A stretch of DNA of 20,000 nt from an uncultured virus (IMG/VR IMGVR_UViG_3300025128_000024) (lineage: Duplodnaviria > Heunggongvirae > Uroviricota > Caudoviricetes). Each line of letters begins with the position of its first letter. The first letter of the stretch is position 1. The notes beneath the pieces are model-generated. The model ran no database searches, had not been told where the DNA came from, and saw only the letters and a program-made list of their open reading frames with translations. Both the position numbers and the translations under genes were made by a program. This document shows, in pieces, positions 8,792-15,361 of this stretch. The DNA lies in the IMG/VR virus record IMGVR_UViG_3300025128_000024. The stretch is one strand, 5' to 3'.

Positions 8792-8986
8792 ATGTCAGGT
8801 TTCACAGTTAAAAAAGAATTACGATACGACCACGTTAGCCATAGATACCTAGTAGAATGTACACACGGTAAGCGTTACGCTATTGCTACATCACATAAGA
8901 AGTTAAATCGTGGCGATACAATGAACTGTATTAGTCAAGTAGCAAGAAGCAACGACAGAAACTATTTACTAAATAAATACAAATAA
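8792..8986 (+). CDS. Hypothetical early protein, 64 aa, basic
   Basis: Own promoter and AAAGGA RBS. Confidence 0.75.
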   Translation: MSGFTVKKELRYDHVSHRYLVECTHGKRYAIATSHKKLNRGDTMNCISQVARSNDRNYLLNKYK

Positions 8987-9000
8987 AGTTAATATTGCTA

Positions 9001-9029
9001 TTGACAAATGACGATAATTAGTATATAAT
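9001..9029 (+). promoter_or_regulatory. Sigma70 early promoter (CGATA class)
   Basis: TTGACA-aatgaCGATAattagta (17)-TATAAT. Confidence 0.9.
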
Positions 9030-9072
9030 AAGAGCATAACAAACAAACAACATTCCAATGAAAGGGAATAAT

Positions 9073-9318
9073 ATGAGAGTTTCAGAATTACAACCAAAAC
9101 GCTTTCCAGCGTCACCATCAGTAGAGCTTCCTAATAGTGATGCTCACCGATTGTTTACTAACGACTTCAACAAGAATAGCTTTATTGAAGCTAATGGAGA
9201 TGTTGAGATTGTTTGGAACAACCGATATAGTTATTGGGAAGTTCCAGCCTTTGCCGAAAGTCGCAAGGCTTACGGTGATGCTAAGCAACGCTACTGTGAT
9301 CAACACGGTAGTGAGTAG
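9073..9318 (+). CDS. Hypothetical early protein, ~81 aa
   Basis: ATG 9073 follows an AAAGGG RBS (the track start is 9058). Confidence 0.75.
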   Translation: MRVSELQPKRFPASPSVELPNSDAHRLFTNDFNKNSFIEANGDVEIVWNNRYSYWEVPAFAESRKAYGDAKQRYCDQHGSE

Positions 9319-9409
9319 TACTACCTTAACCAACCCAATAAAGCTCTATAGTATGGGCAACATTCAACTGGGGTAACCGACAGCACCCTAACACAAAGGA
9401 TAAGCAGTA

Positions 9410-9577
9410 ATGGATTTCGTAGTATATAAATCAGAGGCAGATAATCAGGGACGATTAGTAGAGCTTGTACATAATAAACACTGTGAGGTATACGAGGTTA
9501 TAGTTGATGGCATACCAGTATTTAACTGTACCGATTACTTAATAGCAGAACACGAATACAATATGGAATGCGTATAG
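9410..9577 (+). CDS. Hypothetical acidic protein, 55 aa (not in track)
   Basis: MDFVVYKSEADNQGRLVELVHNKHCEVYEVIVDGIPVFNCTDYLIAEHEYNMECV; AAAGGA RBS. Confidence 0.7.
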   Translation: MDFVVYKSEADNQGRLVELVHNKHCEVYEVIVDGIPVFNCTDYLIAEHEYNMECV

Positions 9578-9619
9578 TCTCAGCCTACCCTATCCGCTAT
9601 AGGCGCCCAGCGAAGGCGT

Positions 9620-9666
9620 AAAAAAAGCCCCGGCGATTTTTCTACTCACCCCCTACCGGCGGGGTA
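9620..9666 (-). repeat. GC hairpin/A-tract cassette, copy A (inverted orientation)
   Basis: AAAAAAAGCCCCGGCGATTTTTCTACTCACCCCCTACCGGCGGGGTA; its reverse complement aligns with 13102-13146. Confidence 0.85.
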
Positions 9667-9708
9667 TTCAGAATAAAAGTAATATTATTTCTAAAAAATG
9701 TTGAGTGA

Positions 9709-9752
9709 GTGACCTAACGTGTCACGACCATGTGCGATAATATATATATAAG
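9709..9752 (+). promoter_or_regulatory. Operator-type promoter GTGAC-N7-GTCAC-N9-CGATAATATATATATAAG, copy 1
   Basis: Same geometry is repeated at 9924-9967. No TTGACA. Confidence 0.6.
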
Positions 9753-9763
9753 GAGTTAAGGAA

Positions 9764-9910
9764 ATGATGAACAACAGAAAAAAAGCAATAGCAATGCACA
9801 ACGCGAGCAAGAAACGCTTTGCGGATATATTTACAGGGTGCCTAGCACACGGCACGTTGAAGCAAACACAGAAGAAAAAAAAGACCTTCAAATTGCCAAA
9901 AAATAAATAA
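9764..9910 (+). CDS. 48-aa highly basic peptide (not in track)
   Basis: MMNNRKKAIAMHNASKKRFADIFTGCLAHGTLKQTQKKKKTFKLPKNK; AAGGAG upstream. Confidence 0.65.
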   Translation: MMNNRKKAIAMHNASKKRFADIFTGCLAHGTLKQTQKKKKTFKLPKNK

Positions 9911-9923
9911 TCAACCGGCACGA

Positions 9924-9967
9924 GTGACCAACCGTGTCACACCAATAGACGATAATATATATATAAG
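9924..9967 (+). promoter_or_regulatory. Operator-type promoter GTGAC-N7-GTCAC-N9-CGATAATATATATATAAG, copy 2
   Basis: See copy 1. Confidence 0.6.
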
Positions 9968-9988
9968 AGTTAAACGAAAGGAAAGATT

Positions 9989-10192
9989 ATGAGTAAACGA
10001 AACTATTACAGATTCAACCAAGACCCTTGGAATGATGAAATTTACAAACCTGTTAAAAAGGAGAACGCTATGGTTAACGAACCTAGCAATGAAGAGTTGG
10101 AACAAGTGGAAGAGGTTTCCGCTGAAGATTGGAACGCGGCTTGTGATCATTGGGACATGCTGCACGACTTGCACGGTCTCGAAGGTTTTTAG
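9989..10192 (+). CDS. Hypothetical protein, 67 aa, acidic C-terminal half
   Basis: AAAGGA RBS; directly after a promoter element. Confidence 0.75.
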   Translation: MSKRNYYRFNQDPWNDEIYKPVKKENAMVNEPSNEELEQVEEVSAEDWNAACDHWDMLHDLHGLEGF

Positions 10193-10201
10193 AAATAATA
10201 C

Positions 10202-10229
10202 TTGCAAATCAATAATGCTATGGTAAAAT
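10202..10229 (+). promoter_or_regulatory. Sigma70 promoter, extended -10 class (TATGG)
   Basis: TTGCAA-16 nt ending TATGG-TAAAAT, followed by ATTAGTATA. Confidence 0.75.
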
Positions 10230-10255
10230 ATTAGTATAAGACGAAAGGAAATAAA

Positions 10256-10492
10256 ATGGCTTATACAGCATACGAAATCAGACGAACGAAAGAAACCCCA
10301 ACCGGCACGCGCCACCTAGTGCGATGCAACCGACTAGGCAAATACGCTATCTGTAGTTGGGTAGGTTCAACCGGCTCATCAATGGGTACTGTTGAATGTC
10401 AGGGTGAATATGACTATGTCATAAAGAAGTGGAAACAGATTGTCGGAATGGAAAGTTTCGATGCATTACGTAAATTAGCAGTAGGAGAGTGA
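10256..10492 (+). CDS. Hypothetical early protein, 78 aa
   Basis: AAAGGA RBS; translationally coupled to the next ORF. Confidence 0.75.
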   Translation: MAYTAYEIRRTKETPTGTRHLVRCNRLGKYAICSWVGSTGSSMGTVECQGEYDYVIKKWKQIVGMESFDALRKLAVGE

Positions 10493-10749
10493 TTATGATA
10501 GTTGCAAATCAGAGAGCCAAAGACGGCTTAGAGGTTTTTGACATAGATGGAGTTCAAGCGTTCGAGATGAAAAACGACACGCTGAAAATGTGTGCCGATG
10601 AAGATGGCTCGCTATGGAATTCTGTTCGTGGTCTTGATGTTTTAGATGCAGACGGAAGATGTGTTTTCAGTTTGTCATGGTCTGAAACTGGTGTGTGCGG
10701 TTCGCTACACGATGAAGAGTTTACAGTAGAAATAAGAGAGGAATTCTAA
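10489..10749 (+). CDS. Hypothetical acidic protein, 86 aa
   Basis: GTGA overlap with the upstream stop; AGGAG RBS. Confidence 0.7.
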   Translation: MIMIVANQRAKDGLEVFDIDGVQAFEMKNDTLKMCADEDGSLWNSVRGLDVLDADGRCVFSLSWSETGVCGSLHDEEFTVEIREEF

Positions 10750-10904
10750 TGACTGAGTATTTTGAATATCTAACTGATTTACGAGATGGTGGTTCCATGA
10801 ATATGATGTGGGGGCCAACTATGTTGCAAAGCAGATTTGACCTGAGCGTCAAAGAGTCGCGTGAAGTATTTAGCAAGTGGTGCAAATCACTGAAAGGAAA
10901 TTGA
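10749..10904 (+). CDS. 51-aa small helical phage protein (LRDxGxxNM motif; not in track)
   Basis: MTEYFEYLTDLRDGGSMNMMWGPTMLQSRFDLSVKESREVFSKWCKSLKGN; GAGG RBS and TAATG overlap. The motif is reminiscent of DUF5049-like small phage proteins (unverified). Confidence 0.7.
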   Translation: MTEYFEYLTDLRDGGSMNMMWGPTMLQSRFDLSVKESREVFSKWCKSLKGN

Positions 10905-10906
10905 GA

Positions 10907-11137
10907 ATGAGTGAATTGAGAATAATTAAAGAGCGGCGTTTCTATGACGAACACGGAACCAAAAAGTTTGCGCTACTTGAGGAAGGGCAGACAGTAAAGA
11001 TTGACAGCCATCCGCGTTCGGGTAGCGGCCCGTTGCTTTGCAGGGTGGTTAATCCATCAGAAGCATCTAAGGATTTTGGCGTGCGTGATGGTATGCTGGT
11101 TGAAGTTGATTGGGAAGATTTGGGGCTTGAATTATGA
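10907..11137 (+). CDS. Hypothetical protein, 76 aa, possibly an SH3-like beta barrel
   Basis: ATG 10907 follows AAAGGA (the track starts at GTG 10877). Confidence 0.7.
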   Translation: MSELRIIKERRFYDEHGTKKFALLEEGQTVKIDSHPRSGSGPLLCRVVNPSEASKDFGVRDGMLVEVDWEDLGLEL

Positions 11138-11370
11138 TTCCACAATGGAAAATGAACGGTAAAGATATGCGATTCAATGGAGAGACTGAAATCGGAATCG
11201 TAGAAGTGCGCGACCTGTTTGATGATCTAGTTGTCACGTTATGGGTTGACCAAGAGGAAAGCGGAAACATAACCGTCAAGAGCTTAGGCGGTGTCGGCAA
11301 TGGTCGTTATGATGTGCAGGTGGTAGCTAGGAAGAAGCCGGTTGAAGAGGGCGAGGAATGGAAGTCTTAG
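11134..11370 (+). CDS. Hypothetical protein, 78 aa
   Basis: ATGA overlap with the upstream stop. Confidence 0.7.
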   Translation: MIPQWKMNGKDMRFNGETEIGIVEVRDLFDDLVVTLWVDQEESGNITVKSLGGVGNGRYDVQVVARKKPVEEGEEWKS

Positions 11371-11406
11371 CCAAGCCAGCCGGCTCAACGCGCCACGGGG
11401 AAAATC

Positions 11407-11452
11407 AAAAAAGCCCCGGCGTTTTTTCTCTTACCCCCCAACCGGCGGGGTT
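11407..11452 (-). repeat. GC hairpin/A-tract cassette, copy B (inverted orientation)
   Basis: AAAAAAGCCCCGGCGTTTTTTCTCTTACCCCCCAACCGGCGGGGTT; the first 21 nt are the exact reverse complement of part of copy D. Confidence 0.85.
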
Positions 11453-11498
11453 TCTAAAAATAATCTGGTATTTCTGGGGATTGTCTAAAGGTTTGGGG

Positions 11499-11527
11499 TT
11501 GTGCGTGCCGATAATATATAATAGAAT
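11499..11527 (+). promoter_or_regulatory. Sigma70-like promoter (CGATA class, weak -35)
   Basis: CTAAAG upstream; TTGTGC-gtgcCGATAatatataa (17)-TAGAAT. Confidence 0.65.
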
Positions 11528-11541
11528 GGAAAGGAGAACAT

Positions 11542-11610
11542 ATGACATTCTTATTATTATTGATTGGTGCTTGCTTGGTTGGTTTTCTTGGGGCAGAAGT
11601 TTTACAATAA
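11542..11610 (+). CDS. 22-aa hydrophobic peptide (not in track)
   Basis: MTFLLLLIGACLVGFLGAEVLQ; strong AAGGAG RBS; the sole ORF between two promoters. Confidence 0.65.
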   Translation: MTFLLLLIGACLVGFLGAEVLQ

Positions 11611-11626
11611 AATTCTGTTTTTCCTC

Positions 11627-11655
11627 TTGACAATCGGCCTAACTTATGGTATAAT
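11627..11655 (+). promoter_or_regulatory. Sigma70 promoter, extended -10 class
   Basis: TTGACA-17 nt ending TATGG-TATAAT. Confidence 0.9.
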
Positions 11656-11679
11656 GTAGTTATCACAAAGGAGATAATT

Positions 11680-12000
11680 ATGTGGTTCAAATTCAGACAA
11701 AACAATTCTTTTGGTCACTTCGTTGGGACTCCGTTGGTATTCATCAACGCCCCTAACGCTGCACAGGCCAATGACATCGCACAGCAAAATGGTATCTACT
11801 TCAACGGTGTAGCCGATGGGATTGATTGCGATTGTTGCGGTGACCGTTGGTTTCGTGTATGCGATGACGACGCACAGGCACAACCTTCATCATATGGTTA
11901 TGGTGGTGGCGTTACTGTCTACAGTCACGGTGACAAATATATCGACTACTGTGGCGATACCCACGCCGTCAAAGTAATCCAACAAAATCACCAAAATTAA
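11680..12000 (+). CDS. Conserved phage protein with QNNS and DCxCCGDRW motifs (putative metal binding)
   Basis: FRQNNSFGHF...GIYFNG...DCDCCGDRW. I recall this motif set from a widespread phage DUF family (unverified). Confidence 0.8.
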   Translation: MWFKFRQNNSFGHFVGTPLVFINAPNAAQANDIAQQNGIYFNGVADGIDCDCCGDRWFRVCDDDAQAQPSSYGYGGGVTVYSHGDKYIDYCGDTHAVKVIQQNHQN

Positions 12001-12001
12001 T

Positions 12002-12029
12002 TTGACATACGTTTATTGTATGGTACAAT
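12002..12029 (+). promoter_or_regulatory. Sigma70 promoter, extended -10 class
   Basis: TTGACA-16 nt ending TATGG-TACAAT, followed by ATTAGTATA. Confidence 0.8.
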
Positions 12030-12057
12030 ATTAGTATAACAACCTCATACTAGAAAG

Positions 12058-12408
12058 ATGATTATGAAACCTGTAACTGAAATGATGAAAGACTTGGAAG
12101 CCGCCACGATGGAAGCCCTTTGGATTCCTAACGACCTGTTACCTGAGCGTTACCACGACGACCGTGAAGGTGGTCGCACGCTTGACCGTATTCAGGAAGT
12201 CTACGAGCGTGAAGTAGAACCAAACTTAGAATACCAACGTATTCAAGCCGAGAAAGCGAAACGTGTCGCTAAGTACGCCGCAGAGTATGCGGAAAGAGGC
12301 GAGTTTGATTACGACGTAGATCCTGACATGCAGTACAAAAATGAGCAATCATTCTGCAACGGGTTGATTCGTGGCGGCATCCTTGACGCAGCGGACTTTA
12401 TGGAGTAG
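12058..12408 (+). CDS. Hypothetical acidic helical protein, 116 aa
   Basis: ORF directly after a promoter. Confidence 0.75.
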   Translation: MIMKPVTEMMKDLEAATMEALWIPNDLLPERYHDDREGGRTLDRIQEVYEREVEPNLEYQRIQAEKAKRVAKYAAEYAERGEFDYDVDPDMQYKNEQSFCNGLIRGGILDAADFME

Positions 12409-12409
12409 A

Positions 12410-12469
12410 ATGTTAGAATTACTAATTGCACTTTTAATATTGTGGATGATGAATGATGAAACAGATTAA
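12410..12469 (+). CDS. 19-aa hydrophobic peptide (not in track)
   Basis: MLELLIALLILWMMNDETD; GGAG RBS; similar to the peptide at 16166-16231. Confidence 0.55.
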   Translation: MLELLIALLILWMMNDETD

Positions 12470-12608
12470 GATCAAAATCAAAGCCAAAGACATCAAGGTG
12501 TCAACGGGACACCAAGAACATGTAACTGGGACAGGCACATGGGACACACGCCCCAAACGCCAACGCACTAGACAGGCACAGCGTGCCACTTGGAGGAAAG
12601 AATGGTAA
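12453..12608 (+). CDS. 51-aa Arg/Lys-rich protein (not in track)
   Basis: MMKQIKIKIKAKDIKVSTGHQEHVTGTGTWDTRPKRQRTRQAQRATWRKEW. Confidence 0.65.
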   Translation: MMKQIKIKIKAKDIKVSTGHQEHVTGTGTWDTRPKRQRTRQAQRATWRKEW

Positions 12609-12691
12609 GGAAGTTTGAAGAGTGTTTATTTTGGGCTGGTGCAACGTGCATCGCATCATTTGGTTGTTGGATTATTTGGGTTACCCGATAG
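12602..12691 (+). CDS. 29-aa single-TM peptide (not in track)
   Basis: MVRKFEECLFWAGATCIASFGCWIIWVTR; GGAGG RBS; fills the gap between neighbours. Confidence 0.55.
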   Translation: MVRKFEECLFWAGATCIASFGCWIIWVTR

Positions 12692-12701
12692 GAGATTTGA
12701 T

Positions 12702-12983
12702 ATGAGTTTACCACATATCCAAGAGGACACGCTCTTGGCAGTCATCGAGAAAGCGATGCAAACCGAACCAACGCACTACTGCGGAACGTTCTTAAAGAAG
12801 AATCCCGAAACAGCGGAGAATCTATCTTCCTTCGCTGTCGAGCTAGCTCGTAGCTGGTTTGGAGCAGAGGACGAAGGCGATATTCTCGCTCAAAGCACTT
12901 TGCTGTCGTCCGTCATGTTTATGACTTACGAGATGGTCAAGGCTGAAGTCGAGGCTAAGGATCTGGAGGACTTGATAGGATGA
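12702..12983 (+). CDS. Hypothetical helical protein, 93 aa
   Basis: ATG 12702 follows AGGAG. The track's TTG start at 12615 is probably too long. Confidence 0.75.
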   Translation: MSLPHIQEDTLLAVIEKAMQTEPTHYCGTFLKKNPETAENLSSFAVELARSWFGAEDEGDILAQSTLLSSVMFMTYEMVKAEVEAKDLEDLIG

Positions 12984-13102
12984 GAATGAGACGCATCCAC
13001 GCGATTCAAATCGCTCAAGAAATGCAGAGGCTGAAGAAGGCAAAGCCGCAAGGGGTCAAACCCAAGCGGCGGAGCCTGCTGGCTTTCCTACTCAGGCGGT
13101 AA
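12980..13102 (+). CDS. 40-aa basic peptide (not in track)
   Basis: MRMRRIHAIQIAQEMQRLKKAKPQGVKPKRRSLLAFLLRR; GGAGG RBS and ATGA overlap. Confidence 0.55.
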   Translation: MRMRRIHAIQIAQEMQRLKKAKPQGVKPKRRSLLAFLLRR

Positions 13103-13165
13103 CCCCGCCGGTAGGGGGTGGGCAAAAAAAAGGCGGGGGCATTTTTCTATTGAGACACGATCTCA
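13102..13165 (+). repeat. GC hairpin/A-tract cassette copy C plus palindromic operator copy 3 (13151-13165)
   Basis: ACCCCGCCGGTAGGGGGTGGGCAAAAAAAAGGCGGGGGCATTTTT, then TGAGACA-C-GATCTCA. Confidence 0.85.
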
Positions 13166-13212
13166 ACAAGGAAAAAAGATATAACTTTATCAGAAAAATA
13201 GTAAAGTTGTGC

Positions 13213-13240
13213 TTGCAATATAGCCGATATATATTATAAT
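13213..13240 (+). promoter_or_regulatory. Sigma70 early promoter (CGATA class)
   Basis: TAAAG upstream; TTGCAA-16 nt with GCCGATA-TATAAT. Confidence 0.8.
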
Positions 13241-13277
13241 GGGGATATAACAAACAAACACTTTTTAGGAAAATCAC

Positions 13278-13466
13278 ATGCACGTTGAAATCTTCTTTGA
13301 AACCGCTGAACAAGCCGCCGCCTTCAATGACTTCCCTGTTGTTGCCCTCGATGGTGACAGGGTTGTCGTCCATGTGGACTGGCATCCATCACACTTGGGC
13401 GGACTGACGACCGAACTCATGGATATGGTCGGCGTTGTCGATTGTGATTCTTGCGATTTTTTCTAA
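13278..13466 (+). CDS. 62-aa acidic protein with C-terminal CxxC
   Basis: 12 D/E versus 1 R and no K; own promoter and AGGA RBS. Confidence 0.75.
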   Translation: MHVEIFFETAEQAAAFNDFPVVALDGDRVVVHVDWHPSHLGGLTTELMDMVGVVDCDSCDFF

Positions 13467-13475
13467 AGTTTTCGC

Positions 13476-13503
13476 TTGACAATGACGATATTAATAGTAT
13501 AAT
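13476..13503 (+). promoter_or_regulatory. Sigma70 early promoter (CGATA class)
   Basis: TTGACA-atgaCGATAttaatag (16)-TATAAT. Confidence 0.9.
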
Positions 13504-13543
13504 CAAGGTATAACAAACAACCACTTTTGAAAGGCTTTTGACT

Positions 13544-13708
13544 ATGTTCTCTAAATTTGACACTAACCCACAATCTGACGAACTGACCACCGCTGATCTG
13601 TACGACGCACAGGGCGAGTGGGAGTCCGAACAGTACGAGGGTGAACCTGTAATGGAATTACCCAATGACCTGTTCATGGTCTTCGATGATCCCGACTATT
13701 GGGGTTAA
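13544..13708 (+). CDS. 54-aa highly acidic protein (not in track)
   Basis: MFSKFDTNPQSDELTTADLYDAQGEWESEQYEGEPVMELPNDLFMVFDDPDYWG; AAAGG RBS. Confidence 0.75.
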   Translation: MFSKFDTNPQSDELTTADLYDAQGEWESEQYEGEPVMELPNDLFMVFDDPDYWG

Positions 13709-13744
13709 GAACAGTATAAGACAGCAGCCCAGTCAAAGCCTTCA

Positions 13745-13865
13745 TAGCCCTTGTGAGTCCGGTGAACCTCATCGCGATTGAAATAGCGGCATAGGGACAG
13801 CATCGGTAAGACGATGTAGGGTACAGGTGGTATGGCTTCCCACCCTGCTTGTCTTACCCCATCGA
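13745..13865 (+). ncRNA. Candidate structured RNA (multi-stem, possible pseudoknot or switch)
   Basis: Intergenic stretch of ~200 nt without a convincing plus-strand ORF. Stems: CCCT/AGGG, TGAG/CTCA, CATCG/CGATG, CAGGTGG/CCACCCTG. The loop region GGTAAGAC is complementary to GTCTTACC. Confidence 0.45.
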
Positions 13866-13939
13866 CGCCAGTCAATAGATAACAAATCAGCCAGTAGAAA
13901 ACAGTCGGCAAAAAACTCAGAAAAATATTAAAGTTTCAC

Positions 13940-13967
13940 TTGACAAACAGCCGATATATATTATAAT
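13940..13967 (+). promoter_or_regulatory. Sigma70 early promoter (CGATA class)
   Basis: TTGACA-aacagcCGATAtatat (16)-TATAAT. Confidence 0.9.
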
Positions 13968-14006
13968 GAGAGAGTAATCAACACTAACCCCATTAGGAGA
14001 ATCATC

Positions 14007-14267
14007 ATGAAGATTCAAAAAACAGAGAAGCTATCTGTAGAGTACGGTAGCGAAGTTTATCTAAACACTTACGTTTCCAGTTGGTCAGGCAACGTAGAAC
14101 TAAAGTTCAATGACTATGAGACTGACAGTTCAGAGCATCACTTAGTTCTGACACTGCCACTTAACAAAGCTCGTGCATTGGTCAAAGAGCTAAGTACTGA
14201 CTTGGACAACTATGACAAGGAACAGGCTGCCAAAGCCGTAGAAGAACAGGAGGTTACAGATGAGTAA
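14007..14267 (+). CDS. Hypothetical acidic protein, 86 aa
   Basis: AGGAG RBS and own promoter. Confidence 0.8.
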   Translation: MKIQKTEKLSVEYGSEVYLNTYVSSWSGNVELKFNDYETDSSEHHLVLTLPLNKARALVKELSTDLDNYDKEQAAKAVEEQEVTDE

Positions 14268-14421
14268 CACACCAAAGCCGTTAGTGGTAGTCGGCACAAA
14301 ACTACCTAAAGGTCAGGGTACAGTAGTATCCATCTCAAACGGCGGCGTAGTCGTAGAGAACAAAGGTAAGGAGTCAACGGTTGACTTCAAACAAGTAGAG
14401 CAACTATTTTCAAAGGAGTAA
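14260..14421 (+). CDS. 53-aa beta-rich protein (not in track)
   Basis: MSNTPKPLVVVGTKLPKGQGTVVSISNGGVVVENKGKESTVDFKQVEQLFSKE; AGGAGG RBS. Confidence 0.75.
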   Translation: MSNTPKPLVVVGTKLPKGQGTVVSISNGGVVVENKGKESTVDFKQVEQLFSKE

Positions 14422-14425
14422 GCAT

Positions 14426-14638
14426 ATGTTTACTAATTCACTTCTCTCGCTACGCAAGGGCGACAAAATTTCTTGCAAATACCCTAAGCACGGACGACGC
14501 AACATTCTGAAGCGTCATGAAGGTACGGTAGAAAAAATTGGCAGCGGAGCCAATGGACTGTACGCAACCGTGCGGGCTGAAACTGGACAAGTCCGTAGTC
14601 TAAGCTATGCTAAGATTATTGACCCAGTAGTCAGCTAA
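14426..14638 (+). CDS. 70-aa basic protein, possibly SH3-like
   Basis: AAGGAG RBS; LRKGDKI...GTVEKI...VRSLS pattern. Confidence 0.75.
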   Translation: MFTNSLLSLRKGDKISCKYPKHGRRNILKRHEGTVEKIGSGANGLYATVRAETGQVRSLSYAKIIDPVVS

Positions 14639-14658
14639 GTACATCTCCTGATGTGATG

Positions 14659-14740
14659 GTTGTTTGGTGAAGGGTGGCCAGTCTGCAATTCTGCAACGTA
14701 AGTTAAGGAGCCGCAGCTGGTCGCCCGATCACCGGATAAC
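14659..14740 (+). other. Long G-U-rich RNA hairpin (~26 bp interrupted stem)
   Basis: GTTGTTTGGTGA/TCACCGGATAAC, GGGTGGCCAG/CTGGTCGCCC and CTGC/GCAG. All non-Watson-Crick positions in these arms are G-U on the plus strand. Confidence 0.65.
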
Positions 14741-14797
14741 ACCCCCTACAGAGGGGTGGGCAAAAAAACGCCGGGGCTTTTTTGAGATTCAGTCTCA
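14741..14797 (+). repeat. GC hairpin/A-tract cassette copy D plus palindromic operator copy 4 (14783-14797)
   Basis: ACCCCCTACAGAGGGGTGGGCAAAAAAACGCCGGGGCTTTTTTGAGATTCAGTCTCA. Confidence 0.85.
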
Positions 14798-14833
14798 ATA
14801 AGAAAATAATCCGTGATTTATTAAAGTTTTCGT

Positions 14834-14861
14834 TTGACTTTGGTCGATAATATAGTATACT
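14834..14861 (+). promoter_or_regulatory. Sigma70 early promoter (CGATA class)
   Basis: TTAAAGTTTTCGT-TTGACT-16 nt with GTCGATA-TATACT. Confidence 0.8.
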
Positions 14862-14890
14862 AGTAGTATGTCACACACAAGGAGAATCAC

Positions 14891-15301
14891 ATGATTGACC
14901 AGAACCGTAGAGTCTACGTCTATTTTAATCTTCATAAGAAAATATGGAGTGTCCGGCAGTCGGGCGAACCTGTAGAGCATCACAAAAATATTTGTTTGCG
15001 TGACGTTCGTTACCTAGTCCAACCGGCAGGACGCAAGCGGGTATTGAAAACGGGCGTTAAAAATGTTCACGCAGGGCTATCCGGTTATATGGTTGGCAGC
15101 GTACCCGTTCCCGCAATTAGTTTTGACATTACATACAACCCGTTTAAGTATAAAACGTTTGTTGATGTTGAGGATAGAGAGCCGCAATATTGGTCTGAGT
15201 ATGCCTATCTATCGTGTGGCAAAGACTGGAAGAATGTAGAAGCGATATTTAGTAGCGAATATTTTCATAAAAACCCAGTAATCCTTCAAGATTCTGCTTG
15301 A
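14891..15301 (+). CDS. Conserved phage hypothetical protein (VYxNLHK...WSVR...GRxRVL...KNVHA...YNPFK)
   Basis: Motif string familiar from widespread phage hypotheticals; function unknown. AAGGAG RBS. Confidence 0.8.
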   Translation: MIDQNRRVYVYFNLHKKIWSVRQSGEPVEHHKNICLRDVRYLVQPAGRKRVLKTGVKNVHAGLSGYMVGSVPVPAISFDITYNPFKYKTFVDVEDREPQYWSEYAYLSCGKDWKNVEAIFSSEYFHKNPVILQDSA

Positions 15302-15325
15302 CAATGTCGATAATTATAGTATAAT
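15298..15325 (+). promoter_or_regulatory. Sigma70 early promoter (CGATA class)
   Basis: TTGACA-atgtCGATAattatag (16)-TATAAT. Confidence 0.9.
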
Positions 15326-15361
15326 GGAAGAGTAAACAACACACACACTAAAGGACACACT

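Noticed and set aside
9709..9940. CRP/FNR binding sites
   Set aside because: The spacing GTGA-N9-TCAC does not fit the GTGA-N6-TCAC geometry.
13709..14740. tRNA, tmRNA or known riboswitch in the structured gaps
   Set aside because: No T-loop GTTCRA or cloverleaf, and no consensus I can recognise.
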